Source: Mucisphaera calidilacus (GTDB lineage Bacteria > Planctomycetota > Phycisphaerae > Phycisphaerales > Phycisphaeraceae). From it: DNA of 32,000 bases. The notes below the pieces were generated by a model. The model saw only the letters and a program-made list of their open reading frames with translations, did not search any database and was not told where the DNA came from. Below, piece after piece: positions 25,134 through 31,791 of the stretch. A program made the position numbers and the translations under genes. Numbering within the stretch: position 1 is the stretch's first letter; each line of letters begins with the position of its first letter. The stretch covers positions 2,970,001 through 3,002,000 of the forward strand of contig NZ_CP036280.1 in the NCBI RefSeq assembly GCF_007748075.1, in the 5' to 3' direction.

Positions 25134-25157
25134 CCGGGCTGTGCTGTTGCCCGGGCT

Positions 25158-26132
25158 TCATGGACCTGTCTCTCCCTCAGACCCCTCGGCCATCACGCTC
25201 TGAAGCGCCTCGTTGTGCTCACGTGCCCAGTAAAGCAGATGAACAGCGGCTCGCATGCCACGCTCCGCGGCCTGGGCGCTCTGATCGAAGGGCTTCGCGA
25301 AGTCGATGATCTCCTGCTGAATGCGGACCGCTGCAGATTTTTGCGTCCGAACGACCTGCATCCCCTCCTCCAGACAGGGCTCCAGCCTTGACGCGACCTC
25401 ACCCACCCGTCGCCCCAGCCCATTGAGCTGCAGGTCAATCGCCCCGGAGCAACACTTATGAATGATGTGGGTCCCCGCGGGCCTGTTCAGAGGACGAAAA
25501 TGAATGAAGCTTGAAGTCGCCGGCTTGCCTCCGGGGTGTGGCATTTCCAACTCAGGCGTGACACGAGACGCCACTTGCCAGTACCCCTTCCAGAATTTGG
25601 TGACGGATTGATCCTCGATCATGTTGTATCCCACGTGGGCCTTCTCGATCGCCGTCTTGAGCAGATAGACCTTGTACGCCGTGCGCAGCGACGGATCGTT
25701 GTTCTCCAGCCAGTCGACGATGGACTCGTAACTAAGGGTCTCATCGAACTCCGTCTCCGAGCACCCCGCGAGGTAATCGTCCGGAGCGATCAGCACCGTC
25801 GTGCAGGTGCGTAGTTCGTCGCGATCGAGGTAGTTCGCGGATCGCTCGGCGTAGCGAGCGGCCTGATCCTTCTGGAACGAGGCGTCAACCTTGTTCTCGA
25901 TCAGGATCTTGTGCTTGTCGCCATGCTCAAAGCGCAGCAGAAGTTCGAGATCCGATTCGCCGTTCGACTGTGTGATCGATCGACCGATACGCAGCAGTTC
26001 ACAGGTTCCGTGCAGCCTGGTCGTTCGTTGTACGAACCACTGAAGGAAGTCCTGCGATGCCGCAAGTTCTTCAAGGAGCAGCAGGTCGATATCCCGCTCG
26101 CAGACACCCGAAACCCTGAACTCAGTCGTCAT
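25158..26132 (-). CDS. PD-(D/E)XK-superfamily nuclease-like protein (324 aa), C-terminal half of unknown function
   Basis: ERDIDLLLLEEL...GESDLELLLRFEHGDKHKILIENKVDASFQKDQAARY gives the E...D...ExK core plus the IENK-x(n)-Q-x-x-RY pattern seen in PDDEXK families. The track start at 26141 is GTG. The ATG at 26132 has a GAGGTG SD 6 nt upstream. I did not recognise the roughly 170 residues after the core. Confidence 0.7.
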   Translation of the reverse strand: MTTEFRVSGVCERDIDLLLLEELAASQDFLQWFVQRTTRLHGTCELLRIGRSITQSNGESDLELLLRFEHGDKHKILIENKVDASFQKDQAARYAERSANYLDRDELRTCTTVLIAPDDYLAGCSETEFDETLSYESIVDWLENNDPSLRTAYKVYLLKTAIEKAHVGYNMIEDQSVTKFWKGYWQVASRVTPELEMPHPGGKPATSSFIHFRPLNRPAGTHIIHKCCSGAIDLQLNGLGRRVGEVASRLEPCLEEGMQVVRTQKSAAVRIQQEIIDFAKPFDQSAQAAERGMRAAVHLLYWAREHNEALQSVMAEGSEGETGP

Positions 26133-26145
26133 GCAAATCACCTCG

Positions 26146-26155
26146 TGTCATGACA
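26146..26155. promoter_or_regulatory. Perfect 10-bp palindrome TGTCATGACA abutting the ribosome-binding site of the PD-(D/E)XK gene
   Basis: Read directly from cctcgTGTCATGACAgcagg. It lies in the 49-58 nt gap between the WYL gene stop and the nuclease start. Confidence 0.3.
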
Positions 26156-26173
26156 GCAGGTTATCTGCCGCCT

Positions 26174-26189
26174 TGACCACCCCCCGTCA
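26174..26189. promoter_or_regulatory. 16-bp motif copy A, TGACCACCCCCCGTCA, immediately after the WYL gene stop and upstream of the PD-(D/E)XK gene
   Basis: See copy B at 25118-25133. Copy A begins 2 nt from the WYL stop codon at 26191-26193. Confidence 0.4.
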
Positions 26190-26190
26190 G

Positions 26191-27177
26191 TCAGGACCTG
26201 TACTGTTCGGCGGTTCTCTCTGCGAGATCGCGTAACCGTTCAACCAGATCATCCGGTTGCTTCACCTTCGCGTGCGGGCCATAACCCAGCACCCACCAGA
26301 CAATCTCATCGAGCCCATCGACGGTGCACCGGAAGGTCAGCGAACCGTCCTCGTGCTCCTCGATCTCCTGCGTGCGGTGCCAGGTTGTCTCACTCACCGC
26401 GTCGGCCACCGTCGCGTCAAAGAGGATCTCGACCGCATACGTCGTCTCGCCACGGATCATCCGCCAGGCGTTGCCGCGGAACGACGTCAACGAGAAGTTC
26501 TCTGGGCGGGTAAAGGCCGTCTCGGTCGGTCGAGCCTCCGTGAAGCGGTTGAGTTTGAGCCGCCTGACCGCGTCTCTGCCGCTGTGGTGCCCTACGACGT
26601 ACCACGCCCGCTGATCGAAGGAGAGCGCGTAGGGGCGCAGACGAAACGCCTCCCCGCCGTTGTCGCTGTCGGTCGTTGCCGATTCGTAAGTGCACACCAC
26701 CTCGACGCTGCGCCGGATCGCGCCCTGCATCACGGTGAAGACGTCCTTGACCGCTCCCTCATCCGGGCCGGTCGCGGGCAGACGGATCTCGATGTGCGGC
26801 TCAAGACCCTCAACCTCGCCGAGCACCGACTCGGGAAGCTGGCTCCTGAGCTTCTCAATCGCAGAGGCGGCGGGGGAGGTCATCGCGATCTGGTCCTGGC
26901 CTGCGATCTGACCCGCCAGAGCCACTAACGCCAGCGACTCGGGAGCCGTCATGTGAACAGGCGGCAGGAAGAAGTCCTTGCGGATCCGGTAGGTCCTGGC
27001 CTCTTCGTCGAAGAAATAGGGGATGCTGAGGTCACTGATGACCTTGAGGTCGCGGTAGATCGTGCGTACTTCAACATCACATCGCTGGGCAAGGTCATCG
27101 GCGTTGCCCGCATTGCCCTGCTGCATGAGCATGATCTCGAGCAGCAGGCGGTGAACCTTGGAATAGTCGGCGGGCAT
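26191..27177 (-). CDS. WYL-domain transcriptional regulator (HTH + WYL + WCX architecture; BrxR/CapW/PafBC-like)
   Basis: 328 aa. The N-terminal winged HTH is KVHRLLLEIMLMQQG...DDLAQRCDVEVRTIYRDLKVISDLSIPYFFDEEARTYRI. The WYL domain is FRLRPYALSFDQRAWYVVGHHSGRDAVRRLKLNRFTEA. The C-terminal WCX-like region is EDGSLTFRCTVDGLDEIVWWVLGYGPHAKVKQP. The ATG has a GGGAG SD 7 nt upstream. Confidence 0.9.
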   Translation of the reverse strand: MPADYSKVHRLLLEIMLMQQGNAGNADDLAQRCDVEVRTIYRDLKVISDLSIPYFFDEEARTYRIRKDFFLPPVHMTAPESLALVALAGQIAGQDQIAMTSPAASAIEKLRSQLPESVLGEVEGLEPHIEIRLPATGPDEGAVKDVFTVMQGAIRRSVEVVCTYESATTDSDNGGEAFRLRPYALSFDQRAWYVVGHHSGRDAVRRLKLNRFTEARPTETAFTRPENFSLTSFRGNAWRMIRGETTYAVEILFDATVADAVSETTWHRTQEIEEHEDGSLTFRCTVDGLDEIVWWVLGYGPHAKVKQPDDLVERLRDLAERTAEQYRS

Positions 27178-27249
27178 GGAAGCACTCCCAGGAACTCATG
27201 GGATCATAACGTCTGAACAAATCGCCGTTTGCCTTCCTTGCTGAGAGCG

Positions 27250-29130
27250 TCACAGTCTTCGTCGTCGCTGCAAGCCCATGATCGCAACGAGCACTGGTAT
27301 CGAGGGCTCGGGCACCGCTGTACCGTCAAAACCGAAGTTCGCGGCAAGGATCGAGAGGTCGTTCAGGTTGACGATGCCGTTGAGGTCGAAGTCGCCATCG
27401 GCCCAGCCGCCAGTCTGGCCGAATGAAGCGGCGAGTTGCGAGAGATCGAGCAGGTCGACGCGTCGGTCGAGGTTGGCATCGCCGAAGGTGGTGCCGAGAA
27501 TCGAGGTCACGAGGTGATCGAGATCGTATTGGCTGACCTGCCCGTCGGTGTCGAGATCACCGCTCGAGGCGCAGGTGGCGTAGATGAAGCTGTCGATGTC
27601 GTTGGCGTTGATGACGCCGTCGCCGTTGAGGTCTCCGGGCTCGGGCCAGCAACCTTCTTCGGCCCAGACGAGTTCGGGCAGGGCGAAGTCGTGCTCCATG
27701 CTCAGTGGCATGCGGTAGACGCGGGTGGCATCGGCGTTGGCGAAGTAGAGGTGCGAGGTTGAGAAGGTGTCCGGGTCGCCGTCGGCCCAGAGAAAGGCGA
27801 AGGCGTCCTGCGCCTTGTTGACATTGCGGACGTAGGTGTGGTGTGTTGCGGCATCGGGCAGGGGTTGTCGGGAGAGTTGCCAGGTCTGGCCGAGGTCGTC
27901 GGACTGCCAGTAACCCAGGTCGCCACCGGTTCGCCAGGGGCTGGAGCCGTCGAGATAGGGTCCGAGGATCGACCATATCTCGCTCCCATCCTCCGCCTGC
28001 GTGATGACCATCGATCCCTGATCGTAGTTGTGATCTGTGGTCAGCACGTCACGGATGTCCCACGTGCTTCCGGTCCATCGTGCGGTGTGGAGCGTGCGGT
28101 CGAAGCGGTCTGGCCCGGGCGAGTAGTCGTCGGCGGTCAGATAGACCAGCACGGGGTTGCCCTGGGTGTCGAAGGTCGTCTGCTTGAGATAGACGTTGAG
28201 TCCGGCGCTCGCGTACTCGGCGACCAGAGCGGGGTTGATTGTGTCGGTGAGAGGCGTCTGTACCGTGGCGCCGTTGGCGGCGGTCCATGTCCGGCCGGCA
28301 TCGGGTGTCTGGAGGTAGTAGAGGTTGGTGCGGGCGTTGAGTCCGCTGCCGTTGGGGCTGCTGGCCGGGTGCATGTTGAATGCGGTGCCGACGACGTTGC
28401 CGTACTGACTCGATACCTGATATTGCCCCTTCTCGAGGTTCGACAGCAGCGGGCGGTGATGATCCGGGAAGAGGTTGAGATTCCACTTGTGGTCCCAGGT
28501 GATGCCATCGGGCGAGGTGTTCCAGTAAAGGTTTCGTTCGGCGCCGTCGGGCGGGAGGTCATAGTGGGTATGGAGGAACAGGACGCCTTGGCCGGGGATG
28601 GTGTAGGGGTTGCCGTAGGAGAAGTTAGCGCCGCTGCGGGTGAGGCTGAGTGTGGTGGTGAAGGCAGATATGTCCCATGGCTGCTCGCTGATCAGGAAGC
28701 TCGAATCCCTGCTGAAGCCATGCGCGTTGTCTGCGACGAATAGGCGGCCGTCCTCAAGGATGGTCATGGTCGGGTTGTTGTGGGCGTCGTCGCCGCCGGG
28801 GACGGTGAGCACGCGGGGTCTGGCAAGCAGTCCGGTGGTGTGGTCGTAGTAGCTGATCGCGCTGGCCAGTCCGTCGGGCGAGTCGGAGCCGTAGACAAAG
28901 TAGGTACGGTTGACCTGATGGGCGTAGGTGGCGAGGGTGCCGTGCTGCTGGGGGTAGGTGCCCAATCCCCCGGAGTACTTGTAGCCATAGGGGCCGGGTG
29001 TTCCCAGGCCGTACCAGATGCCCGCGTAGCCGGGAAGGGTGTTGTTCTCGGCGAGTGTGTTTGTCGAGAGCAGGGTGAGAAGGGTCAGAACACGTAGCGC
29101 AGCGATCGCGCGGGGGTTGCCTGAGTTCAT
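27250..29130 (-). CDS. Secreted BNR/sialidase-like beta-propeller protein with dockerin-like Ca-binding repeats and a PEP-CTERM sorting signal
   Basis: 626 aa. The signal peptide is MNSGNPRAIAALRVLTLLTLLSTNTLA. The long central region is rich in Trp, Tyr and Gly. Repeats include DLNGDGVINANDID, DLDTDGQVSQYDLD, DANLDRRVDLLDL and DFDLNGIVNLNDLS. The C-terminus VPEPSIPVLVAIMGLQRRRRL is a PEP motif followed by a TM helix and a basic tail. Confidence 0.85.
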   Translation of the reverse strand: MNSGNPRAIAALRVLTLLTLLSTNTLAENNTLPGYAGIWYGLGTPGPYGYKYSGGLGTYPQQHGTLATYAHQVNRTYFVYGSDSPDGLASAISYYDHTTGLLARPRVLTVPGGDDAHNNPTMTILEDGRLFVADNAHGFSRDSSFLISEQPWDISAFTTTLSLTRSGANFSYGNPYTIPGQGVLFLHTHYDLPPDGAERNLYWNTSPDGITWDHKWNLNLFPDHHRPLLSNLEKGQYQVSSQYGNVVGTAFNMHPASSPNGSGLNARTNLYYLQTPDAGRTWTAANGATVQTPLTDTINPALVAEYASAGLNVYLKQTTFDTQGNPVLVYLTADDYSPGPDRFDRTLHTARWTGSTWDIRDVLTTDHNYDQGSMVITQAEDGSEIWSILGPYLDGSSPWRTGGDLGYWQSDDLGQTWQLSRQPLPDAATHHTYVRNVNKAQDAFAFLWADGDPDTFSTSHLYFANADATRVYRMPLSMEHDFALPELVWAEEGCWPEPGDLNGDGVINANDIDSFIYATCASSGDLDTDGQVSQYDLDHLVTSILGTTFGDANLDRRVDLLDLSQLAASFGQTGGWADGDFDLNGIVNLNDLSILAANFGFDGTAVPEPSIPVLVAIMGLQRRRRL

Positions 29131-29217
29131 GGCAGCACCTCTCGGAACAGGGGGACCGGGATGTCACGGCCTCGACGCGGGGCCGCTGGGAATCAGGCTT
29201 CAAGCATGCGCATCGCA

Positions 29218-29235
29218 CTGACATCTACGTGTCAG
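29218..29235. promoter_or_regulatory. Inverted repeat CTGACA-N6-TGTCAG about 50 bp upstream of the HEPN-like gene
   Basis: Read directly: gcaCTGACAtctacgTGTCAGtcg, in the divergent intergenic region 29131-29287. Confidence 0.25.
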
Positions 29236-29287
29236 TCGATACCCGGTGATTGCTTGTTTTATGAATCAGATATGGGAGGATGCCGGC

Positions 29288-29959
29288 ATGACCACGACAG
29301 ACCCTGCGACCGTTCGTGAACTTCGGCGACGCTGGAAACCCAGGAAGAATGATCCGGCGATCAAGAGCCTTGGTATTCGGCTCCACCGCGCGTGGAGCTG
29401 GATGACACGGCTGGAGGAACTCGATGAGGTCGGCCTGTCGAGCGAGGATACGCACCTGATCTTCTCGTGGATCGCGCTCAACAGCCTCTATGGCACTTGG
29501 GATCCGGTCAGGCAAGAGCCGGAAGCTGACAGAGCATCACTCGATCGTTTCAATGGGCGGTTGTTCACGCTCGATCAGGACAAGCGTCTTGAGTCGATGC
29601 TTGTCGAGCACAAGAAGCTGGTAAAAGCGATCGTCAGTGACGAGCATCTGAGCAAGTACTTCTGGCGTGACCCCGGCGAGGGTGAAGCAAAACGGGCACG
29701 CTATGCCGGGAACAAGACCAACAGCCTCTACGTCGAGAAGCGTTACCCCGTCATCCTCGACATGGTTCTGCAGCGCGTCTATCTGGCTCGGTGCCAGCTG
29801 GTGCACGGAGCCGCGACCTACAAAAGCCGGCTCAACCGCACCGCACTGCGCCGGACGGGGAGGTTCCTGCACCTCTACCTGATCGAGGCGAGCCTGATCC
29901 TGATCGATCACGCGGGAGCGGACGGCTGGGATGATCTGTGCTATCCGCCGACCCAGTGA
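29288..29959 (+). CDS. Hypothetical all-helical protein with an Rx4H (HEPN-like) motif; putative HEPN-domain RNase
   Basis: The track ORF starts at 29246, but the ATG at 29288 has a GGGAGGA SD 7 nt upstream. The motif YLARCQLVHGAATY (R182..H187 of the track ORF, nt 29789-29806) fits the HEPN consensus R-x4-H-G at the start of the last helix. The upstream helices (RLHRAWSWMTRLEEL, LIFSWIALNSLYG) fit a four-helix bundle. Family membership is not verified. Confidence 0.5.
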   Translation: MTTTDPATVRELRRRWKPRKNDPAIKSLGIRLHRAWSWMTRLEELDEVGLSSEDTHLIFSWIALNSLYGTWDPVRQEPEADRASLDRFNGRLFTLDQDKRLESMLVEHKKLVKAIVSDEHLSKYFWRDPGEGEAKRARYAGNKTNSLYVEKRYPVILDMVLQRVYLARCQLVHGAATYKSRLNRTALRRTGRFLHLYLIEASLILIDHAGADGWDDLCYPPTQ

Positions 29960-29968
29960 GACGAGTAC

Positions 29969-30829
29969 ATGGCGCGACGAACCTCACAATCGGATCAGAA
30001 CCTCGATGATCTGCTGGATGTTCTGTGTCTTGTGCCCTGGTGGATGGGCCCACCACTGATCTTCCTGGTCTGGTGGCTGTTACACGATCTCGTGCCGACG
30101 CTGGCGACCGACTACTGGCCCGGGCGAGACCACGAGCTTGCGAAGCCCGGCATCCAGTTGCTGACCACGATGTCGGTGACCTTCTCGCCTGTTATCGCGG
30201 GGGTGGTTGGTCTTGTCTGGGTGGTAGCGTTGCTTAAGAAGATGGGGCGCAGCCGTCGGCTGGAGCGGCAAACGGGGATCGAGAGCATCCGTTCGCTGTC
30301 GTGGCGAGAGTTCGAGTTGCTGCTGGGCGAAGCCTTCCGTCGCCAGCGTTACATGGTCGAGGATACGGGCGGCGTCGCGGACGGCGGCGTCGATCTGATT
30401 CTCTCCAGACGTGGGCAGGTGACGCTGGTGCAGGCCAAGCAATGGAAGGCGAGGAAAGTAGGCGTCAAGATCGTACGTGAGTTGTTCGGCGTCCAGATCT
30501 CTCGCCAAGCGCACGATGCCATCGTCGTGACCAGCGGCGACTACACGCGTGAGGCCAGGCAATTCGCTGCGTCGAACGGTGTCAAGCTCGTCGATGGTCC
30601 TGTGCTCGAGCGGATGATCGCTGACGTGCAACGCTCCGGCCGCGTTCAGCCAACACCCAAAACACGGTCATCGTCAACCAAGACCGCGACGGCTGCCGCT
30701 AACCCCCGATGCCCGAAATGCGGAAAACCCATGGTGCAACGTGTCGCACAACGAGGAGCCAACGCCGGGCAGGCCTTCTGGGGTTGTAGCGGCTATCCCA
30801 GCTGCCGGGCCACACGGAGGGTGGGGTAG
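29969..30829 (+). CDS. Membrane-anchored Mrr-like (Mrr_cat) restriction endonuclease with a C-terminal topoisomerase-type C4 zinc ribbon
   Basis: 286 aa. There are two N-terminal TM helices (LCLVPWWMGPPLIFLVWWLL; VTFSPVIAGVVGLVWVVALL). The Mrr_cat core is SWREFELLLGEAFRRQRYMVEDTG...DGGVDLIL...VTLVQAKQWK...VGVKIVRELFG...AIVVTSGDYTREARQFA...VKLVDG. The zinc ribbon is CPKCGKPMVQR...FWGCSGYPSCRAT. It starts 9 nt after the upstream stop. Confidence 0.85.
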   Translation: MARRTSQSDQNLDDLLDVLCLVPWWMGPPLIFLVWWLLHDLVPTLATDYWPGRDHELAKPGIQLLTTMSVTFSPVIAGVVGLVWVVALLKKMGRSRRLERQTGIESIRSLSWREFELLLGEAFRRQRYMVEDTGGVADGGVDLILSRRGQVTLVQAKQWKARKVGVKIVRELFGVQISRQAHDAIVVTSGDYTREARQFAASNGVKLVDGPVLERMIADVQRSGRVQPTPKTRSSSTKTATAAANPRCPKCGKPMVQRVAQRGANAGQAFWGCSGYPSCRATRRVG

Positions 30830-31261
30830 GAGCAACCTGTCGACACACGCAAGCACGTCATCCGGCACACTCATGATCAAGACAATTGCGTCCCAGTAGC
30901 TTAGCCTCTTTCATGTTGACGCCGGTTCGGAGGTATCGCCGAATATAACGATTACGTTCGTCTCGTGGTACGATTTATCAGCAATTATCTACTTCTCTTT
31001 GCTGGGCTGGCACGCCAGATCTCGGCCGGCTCTGTCAGCATGTATTAGGCCGGCTCCGTCCCCTTGAAGTAGCTAGTTATCGGCGTACGGGTACCTAGTC
31101 GTCTTGCCAGATCTCAATCTTGACACGGTGTGCTCGTCGAGCCCACACCTGGGCGCCGAAGGCTGGAACCTCGTCTGCCTGCTCTGGACCGCACGACAGG
31201 TCCACAACAAAGACCTGCCCGCGGAACTGGATGACTGGACCCTGGACCCGACAAAGACCGC

Positions 31262-31519
31262 ATGATCCACCTCACCCTTATCCTCCTGGCAGCCCTCGAA
31301 TCCGTCATCTACCTCTGGCGTATCCGATCGGCCAACCGATCCTCCGTCCTCTCCTCTTCCCTCTCCGCCGTTGCCGTACAAGCCGTCAGAGTGACGGGTA
31401 TGGGCTCCGTGGTCTACACGATGGATCAGGGTGACCTCTGGCCCCTCCTCAGCTACGTCGCCGCTACGGGCCTCTTCACGGCCCTCACGCATCACCTGCT
31501 ATCATGCGCGGATGCTTAA
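31262..31519 (+). CDS. Small integral membrane protein (85 aa, about 3 TM; loosely DUF5698/UPF0316-N-like)
   Basis: Hydrophobic segments are IHLTLILLAALESVIYLW, LSSSLSAVAVQAVRVTGMGSVVY and LWPLLSYVAATGLFTAL. A strong C-ending codon bias supports coding. The antisense ORF 31073..31495 is rejected. Confidence 0.55.
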   Translation: MIHLTLILLAALESVIYLWRIRSANRSSVLSSSLSAVAVQAVRVTGMGSVVYTMDQGDLWPLLSYVAATGLFTALTHHLLSCADA

Positions 31520-31694
31520 CAAGCGACCCACCAACAGACAGCTCCTCATCATCATTGCTCTCCTCGCTCAGATGGCCTTCACAGCCATCCTCCACAGCGA
31601 ACATATCACCGACAGAACTACCCCCGCAGGGTTCTCCCACCTCATAAGCCTCGGCGTCATGACACTGACGATCTTCTGGACCAAACCCGAGTAA
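31512..31694 (+). CDS. Small membrane protein (60 aa, 2 TM)
   Basis: The ATG at 31512 overlaps the upstream stop by 8 nt (ATGCTTAA). Sequence is MLNKRPTNRQLLIIIALLAQMAFTAILHSEH...FSHLISLGVMTLTIFWTKPE. The track ORF starts earlier (31431) in a region that overlaps the previous gene. Confidence 0.45.
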   Translation: MLNKRPTNRQLLIIIALLAQMAFTAILHSEHITDRTTPAGFSHLISLGVMTLTIFWTKPE

Positions 31695-31791
31695 CCCCGA
31701 AATTTCGTGGCGCCGTCGACTCGGGGGTATCTATGGGATTCGGGGGACCGAAAGATCCCTCCCCTAAGAATGTGCGCCTCTCCCCGAATCC

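Noticed and set aside
24927-25391. 154-aa plus-strand ORF spanning the cas3 upstream region and the 3' end of the nuclease gene
   Set aside because: It is extremely Arg/Ser/Pro-rich, overlaps a real gene in antisense, and has no RBS. I treat it as an artefact. The minus-strand 94-aa ORF 24833..25117 is kept only as a low-confidence note in the findings.
31073-31495. 140-aa minus-strand ORF
   Set aside because: It is antisense to the hydrophobic, codon-biased 85-aa membrane-protein ORF. Its Gly/Arg/Glu-rich composition has no motif.
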